Source of the DNA: a virus
Taxonomy: Duplodnaviria > Caudoviricetes
Virus record (IMG/VR): IMGVR_UViG_3300017784_003611
Coordinates: 1-35,260 of that record
Direction: 5' to 3' (one strand)
Length of the DNA: 35,260 nucleotides
The notes beneath the pieces were generated by a model. It worked only from the letters and a program-made list of their open reading frames with translations, had not been told where the DNA came from and made no database searches. The stretch's first letter is position 1, and each line of letters begins with the position of its first letter. A program made the position numbers and the translations under genes. Positions 18,487 through 27,995 of this stretch are shown piece after piece.

Positions 18487-19708
18487 CAGACAAAAGTATA
18501 ATCCTTATAACAGAAAAGAACTAACAACAATTAAAGAAATTGCATTTAACCAAACCAATAGGTTGTGTTTTGTGTTAGGCGGGCAACCTAGATATATAGG
18601 AACTAAAACTTGGGAAGATAATTTTGTAAATATGCTTAAAGAAACAATAGCAGAGCATCCGATTGACATAGACATCACATATGTGTTACCAGAATTCGAT
18701 TCGACTGACAAAGGCATGCGGGGGTATGAACATTCGTCAACCGGGTTACCTGTTTCTATTAAGTTTAACCAGGACCTAGACTTTACAGCATTGCAGAACT
18801 TATTTTTTACGAAAAATAAAACAAGCAAACAAGGTAAAATAAAGATAAAAAAAGAAAAAATCGAATCATACCTACGTGAAAAATTAAATTTTGTTAGTAA
18901 TATTGAATTTGTATATTATGATCCTTACGAGTTTGTTAACGAACTGCAGCAGCGACTGGAGTTTGATATAATTCAGAACGCAGACCTATATAATTTTACG
19001 GATAAGTATGTGGCAGATTTTAATAATGCAGCATGGATAAGTCAACCCATGTCTCATCGCACTGGGTATTTTGCAAGACAAGAATTTTTCGATAGTCAGT
19101 CTGATTCAACACCAATAATTAAAATGAGAAATGATTACTATTTCAATGATAATTTATTTACCGACATACAATACACTACACTCTGGAATTTAATTGTAAT
19201 TTATGCTGCAGGATTTATTGGAACCGGATCTAGTATTCTAAGCCCTGGTGAAAATGCAAAAAAGAATCCAGCCGGACCATTGGTCATTTACGAATCACTC
19301 CAACCAGAAATAATATACGGTAAATTATTTTCAGCTGATTTGTTTCATGTTTTTAATAAAGATGGATTTAAAGTTTATGCTGAAGAATTCATCGGATGGA
19401 TTTTTGAAAACGTCACTGATAGAACTTCTGGTCTGATGTCAGAGGCTTACTTTAAAGATGAATATAAAAGTTATAATCATGAAAGAAAGCAAACAAGAAT
19501 ACCTGAATGTCTTTTCAATGATTTTTTTATGGAAAAGAAATTTTTTATGAAATATTCTGGCATGTATATTAATATGTTAGGCTTTCACGAAGGCACAGCT
19601 ACCGTAAAAAAATCAGCTGAGCCAGACTTATATAGACAAAGATGGTATGAGTGGACAGATGAAATGATAGATCAATTAACTAGTATTATAAATGGAGTCA
19701 ATGATTGA
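18473..19708 (+). CDS. Hypothetical protein, 'GQPR...RxD...WYEWT' paralog family
   Basis: LCFVLGGQPRY, IIKMRNDYYF, FSADLFH, RIPE, RWYEWTDEMI; colinear with the C-terminal half of 19763..22054. ATG 18473 preferred over TTG 18464. Confidence 0.75.
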   Translation: MITSDRQKYNPYNRKELTTIKEIAFNQTNRLCFVLGGQPRYIGTKTWEDNFVNMLKETIAEHPIDIDITYVLPEFDSTDKGMRGYEHSSTGLPVSIKFNQDLDFTALQNLFFTKNKTSKQGKIKIKKEKIESYLREKLNFVSNIEFVYYDPYEFVNELQQRLEFDIIQNADLYNFTDKYVADFNNAAWISQPMSHRTGYFARQEFFDSQSDSTPIIKMRNDYYFNDNLFTDIQYTTLWNLIVIYAAGFIGTGSSILSPGENAKKNPAGPLVIYESLQPEIIYGKLFSADLFHVFNKDGFKVYAEEFIGWIFENVTDRTSGLMSEAYFKDEYKSYNHERKQTRIPECLFNDFFMEKKFFMKYSGMYINMLGFHEGTATVKKSAEPDLYRQRWYEWTDEMIDQLTSIINGVND

Positions 19709-19710
19709 GT

Positions 19711-19776
19711 ATGCATAATTACAACAGCATTAAGAATACAATAATAGAAAAGTTTGGAAAACATGATAACACCTAA
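19711..19776 (+). pseudogene. 21-codon relic of the C-terminus of the 17143..18486 gene
   Basis: Translates MHNYNSIKNTIIEKFGKHDNT*, against ...SGYWAIRSMIIGKFGKHDNI* at the end of 17143..18486. It contains repeat copy 2 (19753..19771). Confidence 0.7.
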
Positions 19777-22054
19777 TAGTCATATGAATCCAGTTTACGG
19801 TAAAGAAGAAATTGATAGTGTTATGGATTATCTAAGCACCGGCAGCTGGATAATGGAACATACTAAGACTAGAGAACTAGAGCAGATGATATGTGAATAT
19901 ACCGGCGCTACATATGCTCATATGGTTCCTAGTGCCACTGCTGGGTTACTAATAGCTGCAATGCTAGCTGGCATTAAACCCAAGGACTCATTTGCAGTAG
20001 GGGCTTGGACACAAGCAGCTACAGTTAATGGGGCAGTGTCGTTAGGCGGTATTCCGTATATTGTAGATGTAGACAAGGCAGGCACAATAGATTTACATGC
20101 AATACCAGGCTATGTTAAAACTGTATTTGTAACTAGTATTAATGGCAGATATATTAACAAAACTGTAAATCAAATTAAGACATTGCAAGGACAGGGTATT
20201 TTTGTTATCGAAGACGCAGCACAGTCTTTGGGTAGCTTTACTGCAGAAGGACATATAGGAACTTTTGGGGATGTAGGCGTTTTTAGTTTCGGTGCACCTA
20301 AAATAATCACAACAGGGCAAGGTGGTTGCATAGTTACTAACAGAAAAGATCTAAGTGATCGTATATTGGAAATTAAAAACTTCGGCAGATCTATGGGAGT
20401 CACAGGCGAAACATATAACACCCTCGGCCTTAATTTTAAATTTACAGATTTACAAGCAGCGTTTGGTGTAGAACAAATGCGTAAACTACCCAACATTGTA
20501 AAAAGAAAAAAAGAGATATTTGCGTTTTATAGAGCCGAGTTAAGGAAATATGTTGACTTTTTAGATACTGAGTTGTCATTAACTACACCAACTTACCCCG
20601 ACATATATCTCAGAGAAGAATCCGATAGGCAACACATAATAGATTTGCTTAAAGAAAACAACATCGGAACTAGACTTGTTTATACTTCATTGAGCAAACA
20701 ACCATATCATACCCAATGGGCAAGATCCACACCCTGTACGGATTTTTATTCTAGAACAGGATTACAATTACCTGGTCAGGTAGATTTAACTGATGCGGAC
20801 TTAAAATTAATTGTAGACATAATAAAGGGGTACTTTAAAAGAAAAAAGTATAATCCCTCCAATGATAACAGACTGTCATTAATTAAAAATCATGCTTATA
20901 AAAATCTTGACACGCTATGTTTTGTATTGGTGGGACAACCTAGATATGTCGGATCAGCTACATGGGAAAATAACTTTGTCCGTATGCTTAAAGAAACTAA
21001 AGAAGAACATCCAGCTAAAATGGATATAACAGTTGTATTATCCGAGTGGGATACAGTAGACCAACAAGTCTGGGCTTCCCGTGGTGATATGGCGAAAACT
21101 GGTTTGCCTGTTCAATCACTTGATTATGATAAGAAAAATGATATTTTCCCTATGTTTTTTAAAAAAAACAACGACAGAACTAAAACAGGATTAATACCAC
21201 TTAAAAAAACTGAAATTGAAGCGTATTTTAAAAGCAAACTTGATTTTGTGGATAATATTGAATTTGTATATTACGACCCTTATGAATTAACATATGCTTT
21301 CGAACGATCACTTGAAAATGATATGACGGAAAATAAAAAAAATTATGATCCGATGTTTTATGTTAACGACATAGACCTAAGCTGGGCATTTGATTTTACA
21401 AACTTAGCTTGGTTAAGTCTACACATTATTACCGCATATGCATATGCTGCAAGAAAGGATTTTTTTGATAATCTGACAGATAAGTCGCCAATCTTTAGGA
21501 TGCGTTACGATTATTACTTCCATGATAATTTATTTACCAACAAACAATGTGTTACACTTTGGAATTTACTGTGTATATACTTTGATGGCTATATGGCATA
21601 TCATTCTAATTTACTATACAATCCAACAAGTGCGAGAAAAATAATAAGTCCCGAAGTAATATATGAATCATCAATGCCAGAGTTTGTTCACGGAAAATTA
21701 TTTTCTGCAGATTATATGCACATCTTTAATATACAAGGATTCAAAATCTATGCTGAAGAATTTATTGGATGGCTCTTAGATGATATAGTCGAACGATCAG
21801 CCGGGTTTAACAACAATCTTCTTAAAGAAGAATTAAGAAATAATACTCTAGAAAGACAAATGACTAGGATACCAGAAATTCTTATTAATTATTTTTTTAT
21901 AGATAAAAAGTTTTCAATGAAACATACAGGTTCACATTCTAACATTTTAAATTTCATTGATGGAACAATGACACGTAATAGAGCTACTGAACCTGATTTA
22001 TATAGATTCCTTTGGTATGAGTGGACAGAACACATGATTTCAAAAATCAAATAG
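19763..22054 (+). CDS. Fusion: DegT/DnrJ/EryC1/StrS (perosamine synthase-like) sugar aminotransferase + 'WYEWT' family domain
   Basis: VIEDAAQSLG, FSFGAPKIITTGQGG (PLP lysine), GLNFKFTDLQAAFG. From about 20845 the sequence KKYNP...LCFVLVGQPRY...WYEWTEHMI is paralogous to 18473..19708. Confidence 0.88.
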   Translation: MITPNSHMNPVYGKEEIDSVMDYLSTGSWIMEHTKTRELEQMICEYTGATYAHMVPSATAGLLIAAMLAGIKPKDSFAVGAWTQAATVNGAVSLGGIPYIVDVDKAGTIDLHAIPGYVKTVFVTSINGRYINKTVNQIKTLQGQGIFVIEDAAQSLGSFTAEGHIGTFGDVGVFSFGAPKIITTGQGGCIVTNRKDLSDRILEIKNFGRSMGVTGETYNTLGLNFKFTDLQAAFGVEQMRKLPNIVKRKKEIFAFYRAELRKYVDFLDTELSLTTPTYPDIYLREESDRQHIIDLLKENNIGTRLVYTSLSKQPYHTQWARSTPCTDFYSRTGLQLPGQVDLTDADLKLIVDIIKGYFKRKKYNPSNDNRLSLIKNHAYKNLDTLCFVLVGQPRYVGSATWENNFVRMLKETKEEHPAKMDITVVLSEWDTVDQQVWASRGDMAKTGLPVQSLDYDKKNDIFPMFFKKNNDRTKTGLIPLKKTEIEAYFKSKLDFVDNIEFVYYDPYELTYAFERSLENDMTENKKNYDPMFYVNDIDLSWAFDFTNLAWLSLHIITAYAYAARKDFFDNLTDKSPIFRMRYDYYFHDNLFTNKQCVTLWNLLCIYFDGYMAYHSNLLYNPTSARKIISPEVIYESSMPEFVHGKLFSADYMHIFNIQGFKIYAEEFIGWLLDDIVERSAGFNNNLLKEELRNNTLERQMTRIPEILINYFFIDKKFSMKHTGSHSNILNFIDGTMTRNRATEPDLYRFLWYEWTEHMISKIK

Positions 22055-22949
22055 CATATGCAGATGCGTATACTTTTATTAAGTTCTTAATACCATCTTC
22101 TAATGTTTCGTTGGCAGTATAACCAATGGATCTAATTTTACTGTAATCAACAAAGTAATTTCTACCATCAAGGTCATGCGCTAGTTCTGTGTTGATATCT
22201 ATTTTAAAATCAATATACTTCTGAATTGTCTGCGCTATTTCCAATTTGGTATGATTCAATCTCTCGTCACCTACATTCCATGTTTGTCCTTGCATTATAT
22301 CAAAACGTTCAACGCCCCATGCAAATGATCGTACTAAATCATTAACACTTATAAATGTTCTTTTAAAGTGTCCTTCAAATAGTGTCATTTCTTTATCCAC
22401 TACAGCTTTACGTGTAAAGTCATTTACTAACAAATCATTACGTAAGCGATTACTAACACCAAATGCAGTAGCAGGTCTTAATATAACAGCATTACTGCCT
22501 TTTAAATATACTTCACCCGTAAGTTTATAGATACTATATGTGCTAATAGGATTGGGCGGAACCTCTTCGGTACATACTGCATTTAGTGCCCCATACACGC
22601 TGCCAGTACTTGCGTATACAAAGGGTAAGTGTATACCAGCATCAATGACTCTTTTTGTTCCGTCAACATTAACTTTGTATGCTAAGTCAGGTTGTGCATT
22701 ACACGCAGGGAATCCAATTATACCAGCTAAATGTATTACTGCGTCAGCTGAACGTATAATAGGTTCTACCTGCGGATCACATATATCCATATTATGTAAT
22801 TCAAAGTTAGGGTTGTCTATGATATTAAGTATAGGTTCGATGCCCCATTTAAGCCAATCGATGCATACAACTTGATGATTCTGACCAAGCAAATATTCAC
22901 TCAAACGACAGCCAATATATCCAGCCCCGCCTGTTATAGCTATTCTCAT
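22047..22949 (-). CDS. NAD-dependent nucleotide-sugar epimerase/dehydratase (extended SDR)
   Basis: TGGAGYIG, IHLAGI, YASTGSVYG, YSIYK, LRPATAFGVS.RLRNDL.VNDF. Confidence 0.88.
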   Translation of the reverse strand: MRIAITGGAGYIGCRLSEYLLGQNHQVVCIDWLKWGIEPILNIIDNPNFELHNMDICDPQVEPIIRSADAVIHLAGIIGFPACNAQPDLAYKVNVDGTKRVIDAGIHLPFVYASTGSVYGALNAVCTEEVPPNPISTYSIYKLTGEVYLKGSNAVILRPATAFGVSNRLRNDLLVNDFTRKAVVDKEMTLFEGHFKRTFISVNDLVRSFAWGVERFDIMQGQTWNVGDERLNHTKLEIAQTIQKYIDFKIDINTELAHDLDGRNYFVDYSKIRSIGYTANETLEDGIKNLIKVYASAYAI

Positions 22950-23323
22950 ATTGTTACCTTTGTTATCGGTTCTGCACAGTCATCCCAGCGTTTTGTAATT
23001 AATGCAATCATTTTGCAGTCTGCGGTAGGATAAAACGTATGTGGTACATGCATCGGCAAGTAAATACAATCGCCTGCACTTACGGGTGTAACTAACTCTT
23101 TGCCGTCAGTTAACTCAGTATAAACACCTTCACCCTCAACAAACATAATGTATTCGTCGAACTCTTTATGATAGTGATGACCCCTTACTGCACCCTTGAG
23201 TGTTACAATATAGTTCCATTCAACTATATTGTATTGCGTGGGATAATATGTTTGTATAATACCTCTACCATCTTTAACTGTGATAGGATTGATTTCAGGA
23301 TCGAGCTTGATAATTTTTTTCAT
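22946..23323 (-). CDS. Cupin, RmlC/FdtA-like NDP-sugar epimerase or 3,4-ketoisomerase
   Basis: DGRG, VRGHHYHKEFDEY, VPHTF. Start placed at MKKIIK (ATG at 23323); ATGA-coupled to the SDR gene. Confidence 0.78.
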   Translation of the reverse strand: MKKIIKLDPEINPITVKDGRGIIQTYYPTQYNIVEWNYIVTLKGAVRGHHYHKEFDEYIMFVEGEGVYTELTDGKELVTPVSAGDCIYLPMHVPHTFYPTADCKMIALITKRWDDCAEPITKVTI

Positions 23324-23325
23324 GA

Positions 23326-23339
23326 CATAAATATTTATG
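23326..23339. promoter_or_regulatory. Perfect palindrome CATAAATATTTATG; candidate bidirectional T4-type late promoter
   Basis: Gives ATAAATA on both strands, lies between divergent genes, and is separated by 2 nt from the minus-strand ATG. Exact second copy at 28305..28318. Confidence 0.7.
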
Positions 23340-23357
23340 CTATTAAAAGGGCAGTTA

Positions 23358-24272
23358 ATGACAACAACATATATCAAAACTGAACAAGAATTATTTGAAT
23401 ATTATACTACTATGTCAGACAGTGAGTTATACAAGCCTGTGTTGCTTGAAGGGAAATACCAACAAAGAGTTCCGGGCACTGCATATAACAGCAGCGAATC
23501 GATAAATCTTTACAGTAAAAACAATCAAGAATTTTTATCATTTGCAAATCAGTACCCTGGGTGGTATAATAAGTGTAGTAACATGCTTTATGTTCCACTA
23601 TGGTCAACATTTGATACAGAGTTTATGCTAAGTGCAGATTATCTGACAAACGTATACTACGAAAAAAATGACTGGGTATTAACAACTGATTATCCTAAAA
23701 ATGTTTTTAAATGGACGATAAGCAGTCATCCTCAAATAAGATTTGCCATAAATTACAGATATTATAGAAATGATTTGTACTATAATATAACAGGGCATCC
23801 TCGGGGATTTTTTCAAGTTGGAAGCAAAGTTATACGTGAGCAGTTAAACCAAACTGTTTGGCCGTTTATGAGTCAAGTAAATATAATTAATTATCACAAT
23901 GTTGATTTGGTAATACCAGATCATATATTACTATCTAATGGATTTATAGAGCGTTGTCCAGAGCTGTTTGTTAATAAAGATTTGATTACAGTTATACAGA
24001 AATACCAGAGCACTAACAAGATAGAGTATCAAGACAAATGGGCGCACAATATATCTCATAATGTACATTATAACCCTTATATATTACGACAAATTTATTT
24101 AGAAGAATGTGTTCATGAGTTCCTTAGGTCCGACGAAGATTTAAAGATAAATTTAGAGCGCAGATACAGTGACGATTTTAATAAACTGATACTGGATCCA
24201 TTGGCGGCTAGTATGCGATTAGATTATTATTATAACAATGTTGAGACAGGAGAATATATCAATGAGTATTAA
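23358..24272 (+). CDS. Hypothetical protein, degenerate sulfotransferase-family-like
   Basis: MLYVPLWSTFDTEF, WTISSHPQIRF and RYSDDF parallel LFFVPVWRNGNTAF, FTMIRNPVKRL and YYAEDY of the 12029 N-terminal domain. Confidence 0.5.
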   Translation: MTTTYIKTEQELFEYYTTMSDSELYKPVLLEGKYQQRVPGTAYNSSESINLYSKNNQEFLSFANQYPGWYNKCSNMLYVPLWSTFDTEFMLSADYLTNVYYEKNDWVLTTDYPKNVFKWTISSHPQIRFAINYRYYRNDLYYNITGHPRGFFQVGSKVIREQLNQTVWPFMSQVNIINYHNVDLVIPDHILLSNGFIERCPELFVNKDLITVIQKYQSTNKIEYQDKWAHNISHNVHYNPYILRQIYLEECVHEFLRSDEDLKINLERRYSDDFNKLILDPLAASMRLDYYYNNVETGEYINEY

Positions 24273-25497
24273 TGATGTGTTAGAAGATTTAAGCGACCCG
24301 GAGGTAGTATATCAATATGTTAAAAATACGGTTGACAAAATTGTAGTTGTATTAGTAGGTGCACCACGTGGCATTAGTACAGCATCCTGGGTGAAAGGTA
24401 TACCTGATCAGATAAGAAAAACTATAGACGATGAAAACAATAATATAACAAAGCACGTCAGAGATAAGCTACAGAAATCTTGGGGGCTAAGTAAAAAAGG
24501 TCATAAACCAGAAGTTCATATTTGTTGCTCAACATGGGAATATGATTGCATAGATCGATATGTTATTGGAGAAGATAATAGTCTTGGAGGGTTAGATATT
24601 GGTATTTGGGATAATAAAACCCCAGTTACTGCGGATAATAATCTCAACATCGAAAGTCAAGATAACACATTTAGAATTAATCAAAAGTTTTTTAGTACAA
24701 GTTTGCACCCAACTGAATCAGACGTTAAAATTAAAGTAGGACAGATACCAATTAAAAAAGATAAATTTGAGAAATATTTACGTAACTGTTTTAAGTGGGT
24801 AGATAGTGTTAATTTTAGCTACACAGATCCTTTTAAAATTACAAACAGTTGGGAAAGTACATGGCGTGCATTAGGATACAATAAATCCATTGATAGTCCC
24901 TATTGGGTAGGTCAAATGTTGCACTTTGAACGTGCATACCGTGATAACATAGATTTATTTGAAAGTTTAACTCGCAATAGTGTAGTACTTAGAATAAGAT
25001 GGGATAGTGACCTTAGACCTGCCAACACATTGTGGAGATTTGCAGAAAATATATTGGTTACAAAATTTAGAAATCATCATAATAAAACACTATCACACAA
25101 TATGTTTAATAATTTGTACGACATAAGTCCTATACTATTAGTGCCAGGCGGAAGAATAATTAGAGGACAATGGATGGCAAATGACTATTGGCACGGATTT
25201 GATGGTGAGGGTGCTAAAATTTTGGGACGTGAATGGAGTAATTGGGTCAATGCTGACCCTATCAAAAGAATGCCAGGTGTAAATAAATTTAATCCAAACG
25301 AATCATGGAACAAAAGAACAAACTATAATAAACAACCAGAATCTGTTTTGTCAGATTTTTTCTTAGATCATGATTTTACAGTGTATGAGTTACCCATACA
25401 TGACAGTTTACAAAGTTTTAAAACACTTATTACCGACCAATGGAGATATGAATGGTATGAATGGACTGAGGAGATGGTAAAAGATTTATGCAGTTAA
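24262..25497 (+). CDS. Hypothetical protein, 'WYEWT' paralog family
   Basis: IVVVLVGAPR, IPIKK..FEKYL, YTDPF, VLRIRWD, ANDYWH, QPE, WRYEWYEWTEEMV; AGGAGA RBS upstream of ATG 24262. Confidence 0.72.
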   Translation: MSINDVLEDLSDPEVVYQYVKNTVDKIVVVLVGAPRGISTASWVKGIPDQIRKTIDDENNNITKHVRDKLQKSWGLSKKGHKPEVHICCSTWEYDCIDRYVIGEDNSLGGLDIGIWDNKTPVTADNNLNIESQDNTFRINQKFFSTSLHPTESDVKIKVGQIPIKKDKFEKYLRNCFKWVDSVNFSYTDPFKITNSWESTWRALGYNKSIDSPYWVGQMLHFERAYRDNIDLFESLTRNSVVLRIRWDSDLRPANTLWRFAENILVTKFRNHHNKTLSHNMFNNLYDISPILLVPGGRIIRGQWMANDYWHGFDGEGAKILGREWSNWVNADPIKRMPGVNKFNPNESWNKRTNYNKQPESVLSDFFLDHDFTVYELPIHDSLQSFKTLITDQWRYEWYEWTEEMVKDLCS

Positions 25498-26102
25498 GTT
25501 TAAGTTATATATGTGCTAGCTGGCCTGTAATAAAATCAACGTATGAACAACTAGATACAAAATACAGTATGAGTTTGCATATGGATTTTATGGATGGACA
25601 ATTTGTTCCTAGACTAGGAACACATCCGGAATCTATAAATGAAGCAATGGAACATTTTGCAACACATGTTGATGTTCACGCAATGATACAATCCAACAGC
25701 AATGCTTGGGATGATATATTAAAGAGTAATGCTAATATAATATATGCACACTATGAAAGTTTTCACAGTGAGCAACATTGTATGGATTTTTTAAGCAGAG
25801 ACACTAGATTGAAACTTGCTTTTAAACCGTATCATACCATTGCTCAAATTGACAGTATTTGCGATAGTCTAGAAGTTAATGATTTTTTATTAATGGCATA
25901 CAACCCCGGTATCAAAGTTCAAAATGCTTTTTACGATTTGAACACACTGTCGGATACACAAAGATATGTTACAGTTGACGGAGGTATAACTTATGATACT
26001 GTTAAACGATTCGAAGATAAATCTAACATTAGATTAGTTGCAGGAAGCAAAGTTATCTTTAACTCAAACTATGAAAGCAATATGGTAAAATTATTAGAAT
26101 GA
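25488..26102 (+). CDS. rpe: Ribulose-phosphate 3-epimerase family protein (Rpe/AlsE-like)
   Basis: LHMDFMDGQFVP, DVHAMI, HYE, LMAYNPG, VDGGI, LVAGS. Confidence 0.82.
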   Translation: MQLSLSYICASWPVIKSTYEQLDTKYSMSLHMDFMDGQFVPRLGTHPESINEAMEHFATHVDVHAMIQSNSNAWDDILKSNANIIYAHYESFHSEQHCMDFLSRDTRLKLAFKPYHTIAQIDSICDSLEVNDFLLMAYNPGIKVQNAFYDLNTLSDTQRYVTVDGGITYDTVKRFEDKSNIRLVAGSKVIFNSNYESNMVKLLE

Positions 26103-27502
26103 AATACAATGTAATAATACCCTGCAGTGGTCCTGGCAGTCGCAGTAGCAGCTATAGTAAATTTCATAAAACATTATTGCGTGTTGGGCCATATGCAGTG
26201 ATAGATCATATTATCGCATCTTATCCTCTTGCAAATAAAATTTATATCATGCTAGGCCATAATCAAGATTATATTAAACAGTATATTAAACATGCAGGTT
26301 ATACTAATATAGAATTTATTGTTATTGACTGCTGGGAAGAAAGCCAGATATCCAGTTTAAAGCAAATACCGTCGTATGTATTTGAAACTCCTTTTTATCT
26401 CAATAGTTGTGACAACTGGTCATCAACAGTTCCCACTGTAGTGGAAAACACTGTTTTTTTATGCGATCCATACAACGTGGATTATTATGATGCTGTAGAC
26501 GGTGGGATATTTGCAGGCATTGGATATGTTAAAGACACTGAGGACTTTTATAATGCACTACACAGCACCGACGCTTTGAGAAATGATTATCTAGTTTACA
26601 ATAAATTAAAAACATTGAATCACGTGATGTTGGACAAATGGTATGATGTAGGTAACAATCAAAGTTATAATTTAACCAAATCATTGTTTAAAGATCAGTT
26701 TGATCTATTGGACAAACATCGTCAAGAAATATATTATGTGAACAATCGCATAGTAAAACTGTTTGACAAAACAATAGAAAGTCTGGTCAACACTGTCAAT
26801 GATGCTACTGTATTTCCTCATCCCGGACCTATAATATTTACAGATCATGGTCTAAGTTACAGTTATGTTCAAGGTATCACAAATGCAACAGGAGACAACT
26901 TTGATCGTGTGTTTAGCAATTTGGAATTACTGTGGACATATTGTATCAACAACAACGCAAGCACAACAGCCAAAGATATATGGCGTGAAAAAACACTAGA
27001 ACGTTTTGATATGATGATACGCAAGTATCCAGAGTTTGCCAAAACAATTTTTGTTAATGAACAGTGTATTGATCCTGTCAGACTTATTGAAAATTTGGAT
27101 TGGCAAACCATATACACAGGAACCCTGGGGCCATGTCATGGTGATTTAATATTGGACAATATCATTGTGGGCGACAGTAATATTTACTACATAGATCATC
27201 GTGAAGGTGCAGTAAAAGATATATATTATGATATATGCAAATTTTATCACAATCTTCAATTGAACAACATCAATATGAAACATTATAAACTATTCAATGT
27301 AGACAATAAATATCAAATTGATATTGAATATATGCACACTGATAGATTGCGCCAGTTTAGAGAATCTAAAATTTATAAAAATAATATTAAGAAAATAGAA
27401 CTGGGAGTGGGGTGTATATGGATGAGCATGGCGCCTCTTAATGTTGACGACAACTTGAATAAGTTTTTATTCCTACATTCAATTAAACAACTTAAAGGAT
27501 GA
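26099..27502 (+). CDS. Fusion: sugar nucleotidyltransferase + aminoglycoside/choline kinase-like phosphotransferase (BcbE/KfoD-like architecture)
   Basis: IIPCSGPGSR...KTLLRVG, NSCD, WYDVGN; C-terminal HGDLILDNII, YYIDHR, DIYYDICK. Confidence 0.78.
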   Translation: MKYNVIIPCSGPGSRSSSYSKFHKTLLRVGPYAVIDHIIASYPLANKIYIMLGHNQDYIKQYIKHAGYTNIEFIVIDCWEESQISSLKQIPSYVFETPFYLNSCDNWSSTVPTVVENTVFLCDPYNVDYYDAVDGGIFAGIGYVKDTEDFYNALHSTDALRNDYLVYNKLKTLNHVMLDKWYDVGNNQSYNLTKSLFKDQFDLLDKHRQEIYYVNNRIVKLFDKTIESLVNTVNDATVFPHPGPIIFTDHGLSYSYVQGITNATGDNFDRVFSNLELLWTYCINNNASTTAKDIWREKTLERFDMMIRKYPEFAKTIFVNEQCIDPVRLIENLDWQTIYTGTLGPCHGDLILDNIIVGDSNIYYIDHREGAVKDIYYDICKFYHNLQLNNINMKHYKLFNVDNKYQIDIEYMHTDRLRQFRESKIYKNNIKKIELGVGCIWMSMAPLNVDDNLNKFLFLHSIKQLKG

Positions 27503-27506
27503 CGCA

Positions 27507-27995
27507 ATGAATAAATTTGACAGTATTTGGGACAGCTATAAACAACTGTACAACCAACAAAATGAAATATTGATTAACACTGAGATTTTAACAGCTAAAA
27601 ACATAGTGTTTGTTGCTAAAGGCCGGGTGGGACTTGTGGCAAAAATGTTTATGCAACGGTTGTGTCAACTAGGCTACAATGCAACGCACAGTGAAGATCT
27701 ACAAGTTCCTAAACTATCTGACACAGATTTAGTTATATTTGTTACAGCTAGCGGTAATACTGCCAGCAGTTACGCTTATGTTGATATTGCTAAAAAAACA
27801 GGCGCAAAAACTATGGCGATAACGTTTAACCCTGAAGGTTGTATTAGTAAAAGTGTAGACGTTTGCGTATCATACTATGCAAACGAGAACCGATCATTAA
27901 TGAAAAGTTATTATGAAATTGGATTTACATATATATTCGAACGACTAGTTAGTTCTTTTCGTTTAGAGCAATTTGTTCATACAAATTTCGAGTAA
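27507..27995 (+). CDS. SIS-domain sugar-phosphate isomerase (3-hexulose-6-phosphate isomerase-like)
   Basis: GRVGLVAKMFMQRL, DLVIFVTASGNT, AKKTGAKTMAIT. Confidence 0.78.
   Translation: MNKFDSIWDSYKQLYNQQNEILINTEILTAKNIVFVAKGRVGLVAKMFMQRLCQLGYNATHSEDLQVPKLSDTDLVIFVTASGNTASSYAYVDIAKKTGAKTMAITFNPEGCISKSVDVCVSYYANENRSLMKSYYEIGFTYIFERLVSSFRLEQFVHTNFE

Noticed and set aside
19643-22029. 17-bp exact repeat TGGTATGAGTGGACAGA (19643 and 22013) as a regulatory or att site
   Set aside because: It simply encodes the conserved WYEWT motif of two paralogs, which uses low-degeneracy codons.
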